A stretch of 64,000 nucleotides of DNA from Sphagnum compactum (Eukaryota). The notes under the pieces were generated by a model. The model was not told the DNA's origin, did no database searches, and worked only from the letters and a program-made list of their open reading frames with translations. Shown here in pieces: positions 1 through 12,917 of this stretch; position 1 is the stretch's first letter, and every line of letters begins with the position of its first letter. The translations under genes were made by a program, and so were the position numbers. Location of the stretch: assembly GCA_965153455.1 (NCBI GenBank), contig OZ234493.1, forward strand, positions 19,210,213-19,274,212, given 5' to 3'.

Positions 1-3000
1 TGTTCATGTGGTGATGATTATTGCCAGTGGACTTAAGTCTCTTTAAGCAGGCATTTTCACTGACAACTTATCAAGTACTATAATTGCACTGCATCATGTG
101 CATGTCATGGGCATGGCACCAAATGATAGAACCCATGTTAAGCACCACATTCTGTCCATGTTATGGGTGTGGCACCAGATGATATTACCCATGCTGAGCA
201 TAATATGCTTGACATTCAGTATATGGGTTGAGGAAAAATGAAGACTGCAGAGGACCACACAGACTACAATTGAAGAAACAGTTGCAGGGAACTTGATCTG
301 TCAGTTGTTCAGCCTGAATTGGGTGCATACATTCAAACCAAACTCAAATCTGCTGTCAAACTAGCTCAATTGTGCAGAGCAGTCAAAACCAATTGCAGTG
401 TTTGCAACAACAGAAGCATTCATGTCATGGTAAAGACTCAAAACTTGAAGTCTATTTTTGACAATCATGTCATTGTTTGCGCTCTTGCTTCAATCACTTT
501 CTTCTCTGATTGTGAATCACAACAGATTTCTACTGCTGGTTTGTAAGTTGCTTCAAAAAACCACTTCAGAACCAAAGCAGCTTACATCTGAAAAAGTCAT
601 AATGCTTGCAGTTTCTCAAAATCACAGAATACTAACAATACAAATTTTCCTTACTTTGACAACCAAGTTCTCCTTTTAGGGTTGTGAGAAGCTTTTGTGT
701 TGCTCTGGTGCCCTGCAAGTTTTCCCAAAGTACTGCGGTACTATGGTAGAATCATGTTTGCTTTGCTGCTGGATTGATGCTCATGCATATACATTATACA
801 AATGTGAAAAAACCTCAAAAGCTCCACCTTCAACACAAATGCAATTGCAATACACTAAACCCACCATGCTTCTTTCTCCCCTTCAACAAATGCAACACAC
901 ATGCATTGCAAATATGCTAAAACCTTGTTACTCTCTTCTCCTTGCCTTCAAACAAATGCATTGCAAATACCTTACCCTGACCCTGAGGTCATGTTCATTA
1001 TTAAATAATCCTCTAACAGTTACAACACTTTTTAATGGAAGTATGGCACTAAGGTGTTGAAAACAATCAGAATTGTGGCGTGTGCCTTGTTTGAACCAGC
1101 ACTCATGTTGGTGCCATGTCCTTTGTCAAGACATTTAAGTTTATCTACGTAGTTGCGTTTCAATCTTAGTTGGATTAGTTAATCTAGAACTAATTCAGTG
1201 TGCACATGATTTCAAATATGTATTGTTTAGGGATAAGTCTTTATGTTGAGTGTTTCAAATCAACTCCATAGCACACCAACTTGTGTAAGTTGCAAATTTC
1301 CATGCCCTTGCATTTTTGTTGCAAAACTTTTTCTGATATTGCAAAAGCTTTGGGCATTGCATTATGGGCTTGGATTCCTAAGGTGTTGTTGTCTATTTGA
1401 ATCACCAAAAGTGATTTGAAAGCTATACCTCACTTTGTGTGTTTGTGTCAAGTTCAAATTTCATTTGTCAATTGTTCGTGTTTTGCACATGACATGCATA
1501 TTGTGTGAATATTGTCGTGAGTAAAGTATTACAACTAGAGTAGGAGTTGTAGCTAGGAGCTACAAAAGCTTTGTAGATGAATTTGGTATTTTTGAAACCA
1601 CTTTTGTTTTAGCATACCATAAGCAATTAACCCCAATGGGAGGCCTTGTCCTAGAGTGGGAGTGTGAAGGGTGATGAATGTGCAAGCAAAAAAACACAAA
1701 AATGGAGAAAGGTGTGAAAAGGAGACTCTTTGCCAGATGAATAGCACAACCCCCCCCCCTCCCCTTTGCTCCCTTTTCATGTGCAAGTCTATTGTGTGGT
1801 AAATGCCATGTGCACCAAGCCAACAAAGAACATTAAATGTAGTCGAGTTGTGCACAAGCTTGCACTTGCAAATAAGCATGCCCGTCCATTGCGCTAAGTT
1901 TATTACAACAAGCTTTAGGGTTCATGTGTGCATGAGCTGCAAGTGCAATGAATCACAATTTGGGTGGCAAGTCTTTGTTTTTTTTTTAAATAAATTTGTT
2001 GTTGGTGTTGGGCAATGGGAGCATGATAAGGTAAAGACACTTTGTTGGTGTCATTGGAGGCATTGCAAGGTGGGTAGGTGGGATGTAGCAAGCTCCACCA
2101 CCATTGCCTCGAGCTTGGAGTTCAATGAAAATTGCCACATTCAAACCTCAAGCACAAATTTAGGATTGTGTTATTCAAACCAACATTTGAAATAAGGAAT
2201 ATTGGGTATAATCTAAACTTCACATTTTTTTAATTTTTATTTTTCTATGCACATGGAGGGGAATTCATCCATAATTTGAATGTGATTTTTTTCATCCAAC
2301 TAGATGTAAGCATAATAAATTATGCGTAAAAGTTACCTACTCATTTGGTTGGATGAAAATATATATTTAAAAAGTAACAAAAATTTGTCATAAAATTGTA
2401 CATCGAATTTTTTAATTAAAGGATAAAAAATAATTCCAAATTTTGCATTGTAAAATTTTATTTTATTTTTTGAAATACAAGTAAGTTCAAAGTCCATATT
2501 TTATAATGAATTTTTTTAATAAAATATATGATAAATAGGTTTAAAAAATAGATTTTCTACATTCTATTAGAATTTACCTTCAAGAATACAATGAGCCGAT
2601 AAGCTTTAAAAGTATCCCAAAAATATCCTCATTTATGAATTTATCATCTAATAAATAAGGATATTATTTATTTATTTTTAAAACTTATATGTTCCTTTAT
2701 TTTTGTGGATATAAATATGATATATATTCTTGAGGGTTGGTTATAATGGGAAGTTTGTTAAAATTTAATTTTTGGTTTTGTAAACATGATAAAATTACAG
2801 AAATTCACTTTTTGTGTTCATTTGATCTTACTTGGACCTAACTAATAGCTAAACATGGGGTTAATGATCATACATATGGGTTAATAACCAAACAATTATG
2901 TAAGTCAAATACCAAACACATTGATTTTATAACTATAAACATTTTGTACAAATTTCCCTTTCTATGATTGAACTTGAATTCAAAATTTATTTATTTTTAT

Positions 3001-5990
3001 TTAATATCTTAAAATGTGTGAAAACTTGTAAGGGCTCGTGTGAAGGTGAAATTATGTTATTTAGGATTGACTATGGTTCCCATAGCACTTTAAAAACAAA
3101 TTAAACATAATTTCTAAAGGTATAGTCTTGGCATGTAACTATAGTCTTAATTATTTTGGGATTTGGCAAACTTATCACTTGTTTCAAACACAATATTAGT
3201 GATGGGGATGCAATTGCAAGTTCAATAGTTTTTGTTTTCAAGTTGTAATGTGACACTAAATATGGGTACAATTTTGAACGATGTTGTTTGTGGAATGAGA
3301 GAGTTTGAGATGAAACTTGTTTTGAAAAAATATTGTTTTTTTCTTCGCACAATTCAAGCTAATTTATTTGGGTTAGGGTTGTCAAAATCGATGTGATGCA
3401 TTGAAATTACGACTTAATTTTTTTTTGATTTGCCCAAAAAACTTTTTGGGAGGTGCCAAATTTTTTTAATAGTCTAATCAACAATGGCAATTGATCCAAT
3501 AATGGGAAAGAAATCATCACTGCCCAAAACATTTTGGTTGTTGCCTGATTTTTTTTCAAAAATTGCCCAAAAAATTCAATACCCAATTTTTGGTCGCCTA
3601 CAATCGCCAAACTAGGTGACCAAAAATTTGACAACCAAATTTTTTGGGCAATGCTTGAAAAGATTTTGGTCATCTCCCAAAAAATGCTAGCCATCCAACG
3701 GACCATGGTTTAATTTCCATCGTTGATCTTGTAAACTAAAAATTTCAAGTCATGCACAAAAAAATTTGATTGTTGCCCTCAAAAACAAAGTCAATCATTA
3801 GTCAAAAAATTTACAATCACGACAAGGTTTAGGGTGATCAAATCATGTGATTTTTAATCACCTTTAATTGTCTTTTAGGTAGCTCCAAATGGAGGTTCAA
3901 TGGGAATTGTCTTTTTTTTTGCACATTCGACGTGTCATTTAAAGTTGTAGAAGACCTTTTTTAATTGGTGATCAAAACATGATGGAAATTTCCAACAATT
4001 GTCTATTTAATTAGAACAATTTTAAGCATACATGATAGTCAAATTCAAACAAAAACTATATTTTTTATTGTAGAGATTATCATTTGTCTTTGTCAATGTT
4101 GGCTTGGTGCAAAGAACTTGAGCCTCCTAGTTTTTCTTATTAAAAATTAGTCCGATGATCTCATTATTGGTGTTGAGGTCAAAAGAAGACCTAAAGATGT
4201 GGATGGGTTTGGTGAAGATAAGGAAAACATATTGAGATTTGATGGATGTTGAGTTTCTTGATGACGTTGAGAATCATGTCAAAAATTGTGTGCAAAATTA
4301 GAACATGTATCCATGATTTTGATAACATTTCATTCATAATGCACATACTATTTTTTAAATTTTGATTCAACTTCTATGCATCTATTGCCACTTTGTAAAT
4401 GTGTCAATTCAATGATCACATTGAACGTTATAAATGGATAATTTTTAACGTTTCATGTGAATGAAATCCAAGTTTTGCATGTTATGGCACATTTTTTGTC
4501 AAACTTTTTCTTACTTTTTTTTATTTTTTTAAAGAGAGTTATGTAAGCATACAACTTTTTACACTTACACTTGCATTGTTTTTACATATCCTAAAATTAT
4601 TTAGGCATTCACACACCCCACTTTGTACACAGTTTATAATTGAACCATATATATATATTTACATTAACCCCCACCATATAAATATATATTCCTAAGCCAA
4701 TTTACATGAGGGGTAAATCCTAAACCATATACACACACAACACGAGTTCTAACCAAATCAGGACCATGTACACTTTCTAAAAATCACCAGCCTCATGTTG
4801 TGGACAACCGCAACAAATTCTGAAACAAAAGCACTCTAGTTCATGCTTTTTTTATCACTAAACTCCTTAGGAAAAGGGTATGGTGTGGACCATCTGACAA
4901 GCCCCCCCCCACATTATGAAATATCCACCATCACTCTTATTTATGTGTGTATGTATATGTATATGTATGGAGGGGGATGGGAAGGGGGAGAGGCGAGTGG
5001 GATAAAGTCAAATGAAAAGAATTTTTAGACCTAAATTTACACTAGGAGTCAGGGCCCAAAAAATCTTGGGGCCAACTTTGAGCATTTTTAGGTTGCAAAT
5101 TGGCCCCAAGTTATTAATAAATGCTAGAACATTGATGTCAGGATATTAATAAATGCTGGAACATTGGCCCCAAGGGTTGCAAATTGGCCTCCCAAATTTG
5201 ATATGGTATCCTTTTTTTCAACCTTGGGGGGGCCGATACAAGGCCATAAAGTTCAGCATTTATTACTACTTGGGGGGGCAGATTGAATTTTTATTTTTTT
5301 TCCATTTCAGCCTTGACTCCTATTGTAAAGCTCTTGGGGCTGATTTCAACTTTTGCACCAATAGGAATGCTGGATTTGGGTTGAACATTGGCCTGACTAC
5401 TAGTGTAAAGTGGGCATTAGAGGTGCTTGGTCATTCATTTATGCCAAAAACTTTGAAATATAAAGTATCCCGAGTCCGCAAAATTAACATTTATTTAGCC
5501 CTTTTTTTCCAAATGATTGGTGTGGCGTACCCCCACCAAATAGACCCCAAAAACTCAGGTACGTGACGACTTTGGCTCACGGATTAGTAGTAATTTGTTC
5601 AGCTATACTTTTCCCCCCCCCCAACTACCATATTAACTAAAGTTCTCGAGTATGTCAGCTATCTTTGGCGAAGATTTGTCGAGAATTTACTAGTGTATTT
5701 GGATGATTCCAAGAAATGCCACAGCCGACCATTCTCGTAAAGCACATGTCCTGGATTTTTTCCTTTGTATTTTCAGCTCCCCTTACCTGCCTGCCTTAAA
5801 GAAACCTGTTTTCAGCAAGTGGGCCCTCTCTCATATACAAGAAGAAGAAGGGCTGTTCTGTTGCACGGAAATATCTCCCCCCTTTATCAATTTTTCACAA
5901 GCGTCTTTGGTTTTTTTTAAAGTCTTATCAATGATCAGCCTTGTGATTTTTTCAATATTCTCATCCATTAAAAATTGTCAGCGGGTCTTT

Positions 5991-6110
5991 TAGGTTGGGT
6001 AAGGCCCGGGATTAAGAGCATTACCAGAAACGGGCTCACACTTGGCTCCCGCCTCACACATACCCTTCTTCTGGTAATGCTCTCCACCTTGGGCTTTACC
6101 TACACAAAAT
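5991..6110. repeat. Hairpin / MITE-like inverted repeat, family copy 1
   Basis: Perfect 15-bp arms AGAGCATTACCAGAA (6015-6029) / TTCTGGTAATGCTCT (6069-6083), plus an outer stem GGTAAGGCCCGGG / CTTGGGCTTTACC. Confidence 0.7.
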
Positions 6111-6117
6111 GGACTAC

Positions 6118-6320
6118 ATAACCGGGCTGCTCAAGCCACGGTGTGAGACATAACTGGTGACTCAACGGATGAGATTTCACCCCTTTGTCACCATCGACTA
6201 CTTGGACGTCTGGGATGAATGCCGTTGTCCCAGTAGACAATGGATACAGGTTGTAACCCAAGACCTCTCCACCAATGGGGTGATGCCACACCACTGATTT
6301 CTACCGAGGAGCCGGTTATG
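6118..6320 (-). repeat. Dispersed repeat, inverted copy of 47206-47445
   Basis: Shared block GTGGCATCACCCCATTGGTGGAGAGGTC...GGTTACAACC...GGCATTCATCCCA. It is also visible as the similar ORF-track peptides WHHPIGGEV.GYN. Confidence 0.85.
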
Positions 6321-6824
6321 AGTCAATATTCCGACTAAATAAAGGCCTTTGAAGAGGTATAGCAAAACCGTATGAGAAGATGCCATCATGATGGCATCTA
6401 ACCTGAGCAAATATACTTAGCCCCCCCCCCCACCCCCGCAAAATCTTTTGCTTGCTACTTCTTTGTCGGCAAACAAACTCAATACCATTTTTCTTGTGTG
6501 AATTGTGCTTCGTCCGGTGCTTCCGAAGAAAGAATTTTAATAAAAGGATGTTCCATTCAACAAACCCATCACCCAAGGAAAAAAAAAGAAAACCAAAACT
6601 GGAAATGCATTAGGGAAAATAGATAAATAGATATTTAAAAAAGAATAATTATCCCAGAGATGCTCAAATTTGCACCACAAATCCCATTTCCTTATTTATC
6701 ATTTCAAATTATCTTGTTGATTATTTATTGATATTCAATTATGAACTGGTAAAGATAATATGTTGGGAAAATAAATTTAAAAAAAAAAAAAGTTGGCGTA
6801 TTCGAACACGACACCTCGAATATG

Positions 6825-7165
6825 GGGACGTCAGCTTCTACCAGCAACATATAGACAGTATGGGCCACGTGTCAGAGACGCGATCTGATTGGTTGATCCA
6901 AAATGATCATGCAAATGCGCCTGAAGTATCCGTGTCTCGGAAACCAACACGTGGTGAGACGTAGTTCAGTGCCCCAAGAGGACGGTCTCGATTCCATCCC
7001 CCAGTTTTTGGACGGTGCAGTTTGCTTTCATGCAATTTTGTTTTCGACGGTCCCGATTCCATCCATGCACGGGTGCAGGGGAGGCGGTACGTTGAAACAC
7101 GGACACGTGTATAAAGAAACTTATGGCGGCTCCTTCGCTTTTGATGAAAAATCGACGCGTGGTGG
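6825..7165. promoter_or_regulatory. Cluster of ABRE/G-box, RY and CE3-like elements (candidate ABA-responsive enhancer)
   Basis: GACGTC 6827, GCCACGTGTC 6864, CATGCA 6908/7029/7064, ACACGTGG 6947, GACGTA 6958, TACGTT 7088, GACACGTGT 7102 and ACGCGTGG 7155, all within about 340 bp of CpG-rich DNA in an AT-rich background. Confidence 0.6.
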
Positions 7166-8954
7166 AACCTCCGCCCTTCTGACCCTGACTCTGCTCAGGA
7201 AATATCTAGGGTCATTATGAGCCGATGATAGGGGTAAAAGTGTTTCTCTAAAAAAAGAAAAAAACTTTACCAAGGGGTAAAATACCTTATTGTTATTACG
7301 GTGGATAGTTACTAATCTATCTTGAGTTCTGAGAGCCCCAATTTGTGTTTGCTAATTTTTTTTAGGCTAATTTTTTTTTTTTCTAATTTTTGAAATCCCA
7401 CATCTTTTCCATTATCACTGAGAAAACAAATCAAGAAAAAAATAATTAAACCTAATTATAATGTTTGATGGGTCCAAATTATAGAACATTAACATTCAAT
7501 TTAAAAAAAAGGCCATGAAAAAATTTAGGTTCATTTGGAAAAGACTTTCAAGAGGATATATTTCCCACAAAATTGTAGCTCTTTTGGAATGGTAACTGCA
7601 ACAATAATAGAAACAAGTTTCATTCATGAATTTAAAATACCCATCTTTGATGTAACAATCTCAAAACATTTAGAACTAAGATTTTGAATGTTCAAACACA
7701 ACTCGTAACTCAATCCCTAATTGTATATAAGTTTTGGTTACTCGTGAAATAGATAATGAAAATACTAATTAATGAGAAATTTCCCAAATTATTATAGCCA
7801 AAAGTATGCATGTTTGGAGGCGAAATTATGTTGAAGATTGAAAGCTTTAGTGAGTTAATAATAAACGAGTTTACCTCCTTTTTAAATCCCCCAAAATAAG
7901 TATTCTACACACCTCAAGGGTAAAGTGTAGATCACCTACAAAAAACCATAATGGTATTATTTACCCACAATTTCCAAATTTTTACAAGATTGTAGGCCAC
8001 AATTGGCCTTTGGGTCAAGAAGGAATGATGGTTTTGGTGGATCGGGCTTACTTTCTTTGTTTTTTTGCCCATATTTTCTGGAATGATTTCAAGTCAACTA
8101 TGCTTGTGCTAGTTGGCCTATCTACCAGTCTATCACATTTGTTCAAGTCCTTTTGTCATTTGGATAGAAAGGATCTGAATATGGCCAACAACAACTTGCT
8201 CACAATTTGGAAGTCTTTTGCCATCTCGTTAAGAGCTAAGATACGATGGGAATGATGTAACTCTTAGTTCATTCAAGATAATTAAGGAATAAATATTTTT
8301 AACCACCAAATACAATCCCCATTGGCCATAACATTTTTTCTGAACACTTAGTTTTATTTCCAATGTTTGGGTATTGTTAAAGATCTTAAAATTAACCATT
8401 AATGCACACTTTAAAAAATTGAGTGACATTAAATTTTAGGTGACGTATGCCATGCTAGCAATGTTAAGATGATGTTAGTGACCATTGTTAACTAACATTA
8501 AAATCTTTGAAAAATAAAACAAAAAATCAATGTTAACTAAATTTTTTTAAAATTTTAAATTTTTTAAAATGACAAATTAACTCAATGTTTAGAATACATC
8601 TTTATATGTATTCTCATTTTCTTTTTCTCTCTTTCAAAAAAGAGAGGCAAAGATGACTTTTGTTTCCCAAAATTTCCCAATTTCTTTGTCAAAAACAAAT
8701 TGTCACAAAACTATAAATGCATGCAAAAAAAAAAAGAAAAAAAAAAGGGGTGCTCAGGTTGGTCCTTCCTCAGCTCACCTCCTCACTTTCTTTAAATAGA
8801 ACTTAGAAATTCACATCCCTATAAATAAATACTAATTACAACACCCATGTTAGCCATGTGTCACCCAAAAATAGTTGTAAATAATCAAATTGTCATTGGG
8901 GCAATGGATTTGCAAAAAACATGTTTGAACAATTCTTGATCAAGGGATACAATA

Positions 8955-8982
8955 TAATTAATTAATTAATTAATTAATTAAT
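8955..8982. repeat. (TAAT)n self-complementary microsatellite
   Basis: TAATTAATTAATTAATTAATTAATTAAT. Confidence 0.9.
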
Positions 8983-9612
8983 AAAAAGCAAGGGATACTC
9001 GGAGATACGAGCCCCCTGAAAGAAAAGGAATTTTTTGGAAAAAATGGGAAACAACAAAGAAAAAAAGCGAGAGGTTCGGAGGGGAAGGGGGTGCGCCGGA
9101 GAAGAAGGGGATGAGCCGTGGCGTGCATACACAGCGCCACCTTGCGAGACGCACAAACACACGCAGCTGCAATCGCCATCGCACGCACACAAGCGGGGGG
9201 GGGGGGGGGGGGGGAGAGAGACGACATCGATGAGCTTTCACTACTGGTGAGTGAATCAGAGTTTGCGAGCTTCTCTGGCAGGTGTGGCCAGGAAGCTCCG
9301 CATTTGTCTTACCCACTTCGAGCGAGCAATTTTTTTTCTCGTTTTTTTTTTTTTTTTTTTTGTTCCCTCAGGTTTTTTTTGGTCTGGGTTTTGGGACTTG
9401 TGGTTCGCTTGTTGCAACTATCGCATCGACTGCAAAGTTTCCTCGTCCCTCTTTGCCATTAGCTTCAGATTTTGTCGGACCTTGTTGATTGACGGGATCT
9501 TTGTTGTATGATTCGATCGACTCCAAGCTCTTGATCATCTGTTGCAGGAAGAAAAACCAAATTGGTTGTTGCGAAAATTTGGCAAAGATTGTAGTTTGCC
9601 TTACTTGTCCTT

Positions 9613-9638
9613 GTGTGTGTGTGTGTGTGTGTGTGTGT
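9613..9638. repeat. (TG)n microsatellite in the ABI5-like leader or leader intron
   Basis: Run of about 13 TG units. Confidence 0.9.
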
Positions 9639-10112
9639 TTTTTTTTGTCTTTTCCATTTCCTACGATTCTTTTGTTTGCTATTTGTGTTCCTCTCTGATC
9701 TGAGAGTGAGATGTTCAGGAAGTCTAAGGCTTTTCTGACAGGCTGCTTCTCGCAAATATGACCGTAGCCGGCGCGGTTGTTCTTTGGAGCATGCACACTA
9801 GTGCTAGCGAGTGTCGCCACGGGCTGCCACAGACTTACAGCAAGTGCAGCCTTTGGCGCAAAGACATGTTTCGTAGAAATGCGCGTAACGTAAATCTGTG
9901 TCTTGTGTTGTCAGAGACGTAAACGCGCAAGCCAATTGCAAAGTTTACCGCTGAGGAAGGATTGCGTTCGAGCTCGTTGATCTGCTTCCAAGGAAAAAAA
10001 AGCTGCAGCACTGGCAGGTCCAGACGCCCACAGCCGCGCTCGTGATCGAGCAGCTCGCAGAGTGCAAGCTTCCTCCGAGGATTACGCTCCAGCAGCTGGG
10101 TGGAGAAACGGA

Positions 10113-12917
10113 ATGGGCTCGCAGTCTCTAAGTCCGCAGCAAACGCAAGCTCGTCCTTCGAGTATGGGAACGAATCCATCGAATCCTTCCACTGGTAGTA
10201 ACAACGGAGGACTGGCTTCTCCTACCTTACCAGGAGGAGGGCTCGGGCGCTACAACTCCCTGGCACGACAATCGTCCATCTACTCGCTGACCTTGGACGA
10301 GTTTCAGAACACCATGACGGAGCCAGGCAAGAACTTCGGATCCATGAACATGGACGAGTTCTTGAAGAATATCTGGACGGCGGAAGAGAGTCAAGCCATG
10401 GCGGCTGCGATGGGCTCGATCAATGACAGCGCTCAGGCCGGGAATGCAGGTGGGATGCTTACTCGGCAGCCAAGTCTGGGCGCAATGTCGCTTCCCCGCA
10501 CGCTGAGCAGGAAGACAGTGGACCAGGTATGGAGAGACATACACAGGGATCCCTCTGGAGGCTCTGACAGTGGCGGCGGCGAACTCGCTGGAGGTGCTGC
10601 TGGAACCACACCTCAAGAACGAGAAGCCACTTTTGGCGAGATGACCCTTGAGGATTTCCTCGTGAAAGCTGGTGTGGTGCGAGAAGATGCTGAGATTGGG
10701 AGCCAGGGCTTCAGTCCTTTTGTGGGTGCAGGCATGATGACTTCTGGGGACAGAGACAGAAGTGTGCAGGGTGGTGCTGCTGCAGGAGACAGAGGCGGTG
10801 CTACTGGCGGTGACATTGTCCCCACTCTCTCCCTCTCTCCAGCCAATGTCATACCCAGTCAGGCTTCCATTGATGCCATGCAAATGGACGCTTACAACAA
10901 GAGCCAGGCCACAACCCAGCAGCAACAGGTACACAATTCACCAACTGCAGTGTTCTGCAGGGTTTCCTTTGGCTTTCTTGGTCACTTCCTTGTCTAATGC
11001 ATGTGCCTTATTTTGGAGTTTAAGGCATACCCTAGCATGTGGGGATGATCCACTGAATGCAAGAAGTTACTCTGCAAAATCAGGCTCACATGGTTTTGTC
11101 ACACATGTTTAGAGTTTTGTGCATTTCACTGGTTTTATTGATGTTGCTTTGGTGTATCTTTAAGCTCATCCCCTAATTGGAAGATTTGAATTGTGTTTGG
11201 ACATGGGCAGGCTGACTGGCTCCGGAGTATGGCACAGCAGCAACAGCAGCACATGCTGCAACAACAAGCAGCAGAGGCTGCTGCTGCTGCTGCTTACGTA
11301 AATGCTGCAAATAAGAGAATGGGAAATGGAGCAGGCCCAATGGTTGGAATCGCAGGCATGGGTATGGGAGGACACATGGGTGCGGCCATGGGGGGTGGCT
11401 TACCAGGAGGAATGCATGGTGCTGGATTGGGTATGGGTTTGGGAGCACTGAGAGGAGGTATGGATGTCAACATGGGGCTTGCTCCAGGATCTACGCCCAG
11501 CCCAGAGTCTGATGGTGGTCACAATGGCATGTCTCTATCACCTATGCATTATGGATTGGATGGACCTCTGCGAGGAAGAAAGAGAGGGCCCGATGGTCCT
11601 GTAGAGAAAGTAGTTGAGAGACGGCAACGCCGAATGATTAAAAACAGGGAATCTGCTGCACGATCCCGAGCTCGCAAGCAGGTATGTCATCATGCTGTGC
11701 AAAAATTTGCTGCTCATAGCACAATAGGGCATGCAACTGGCATTGATGGAGAAAGTTTCCCTGCCACAAGGAACACAGTATTGCACAGGGTGACGGAACA
11801 GTCTTGATCATAATGTTGAGCTGTTTCATCCTTTCCTCTTCCAACTGCTTAGTACCTTTCTCAGGCCAAATTGATGGATGTAGCTGTTTGGCAAGTGCAG
11901 GCATACCAAGTAGAGTTGGAGGCAGAGGTGAACCAGCTGAAGGAAGAGAACTTGAAGCTGAGGAAGCAGCAGGTATCCATGAAGAAATCTGATCGTGGCC
12001 TGCTTTGGGTAGCTCACTTCACTGTTTATAGTTTTGGTGTCAGTTCTCTTCATCTCTTTTGCAAAAGGTCTGGCATGTGACAGTTGCTCGATGCATGAAA
12101 GTTTTCTTGACAATAGTGAAAAGAGTGTTGTCTTTTTCTGTGATGCTTGCCAGTCTAGAGTTGCAGAGTACTTTTCAAATTCTTCAAATTCTGATATGTA
12201 TAACAAGCATTGCTGGCTGTCTTTAAAGAGGATAACCACAGACTCGGTTGAAGTGTAATGGATGATTTGTGGAACATCTGTATGAGACTTACTAGTCTAT
12301 ATATTAGCAGTGGCTGACAATTTCACTTTGTCACTATCTGTTGCAATTTTTGCAAGTACATTTGATGTCCATTTTCCCCCCTTTCTAACAGTTAGTAAGC
12401 AATATACCATTCTTACTCAAGCAGGGGTTTTGATTTCTGCCAATTTTGATATCTGTGTTCTGAAGTATTCTGCCGTGTTTGCCTAATGTTTAAAACAGGA
12501 AGATGGTGGTGAACGACGCAAAAAGCAGGTATGTTTGAAAAAGTTACATGGTCAATCTGACAATTTTAGCTTCTAGATGTTGCAACACTGCTCCACTGGG
12601 GTCCATTACATTGAGATGGTGATTCCACTCATTCAGAAATGTAAAGTTGAATAGATATGTTGTAGACCAATAGTGGCAATGCCATTGCTAGTTCTTGTGA
12701 CAGCCATCCTCATCATGTTCTCAAGGAAAGTTCCTACCAGGACTCTTAAATTGATAGGCGCAGCACTTCATGTTTGACCATTATACTGTAATGAATGATT
12801 TTTTTGTACTGAGGATTTGGTTTGCAACTGCAGTTGATGGAGATGATGAAGATGACAGGCAAAACCATTGCCTCAGAGGTGAAGGCATTGCGGAGGACAA
12901 GAACAGCTACATGGTAG
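10113..12917 (+). CDS. ABI5: Group A bZIP transcription factor (ABI5/ABF/AREB-like), ~490 aa, 5 coding exons
   Basis: Exons 10113-10928, 11211-11681, 11901-11972, 12499-12528, 12834-12917, all GT-AG and phase 0. Conserved motifs: C1 LARQSSIYSLTLDEFQ...NFGSMNMDEFLKNIWTAEE; C2 LTRQPSL...LPRTLSRKTVDQVWRDI; C3 TFGEMTLEDFLVKAGVV; bZIP VERRQRRMIKNRESAARSRARKQAYQVELE; C4 LRRTRTATW*. Exact orthology (ABI5 vs ABF) needs a phylogeny. Confidence 0.95.

Noticed and set aside
1..2200. Moderately GC-rich sequence with 70-130 aa ORFs, possibly decayed gene or transposon DNA
   Set aside because: No family motif could be recognised by eye; a homology search is needed.
6793..6830. GTTCGAAT B-box/T-loop-like motif on the - strand (tRNA or SINE)
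   Set aside because: No cloverleaf, A-box or acceptor stem could be built.
10227..10934. 235-aa antisense ORF over ABI5-like exon 1, and similar antisense ORFs over VCS and FNR
   Set aside because: Shadow ORFs of GC-rich coding exons with no recognisable domain.
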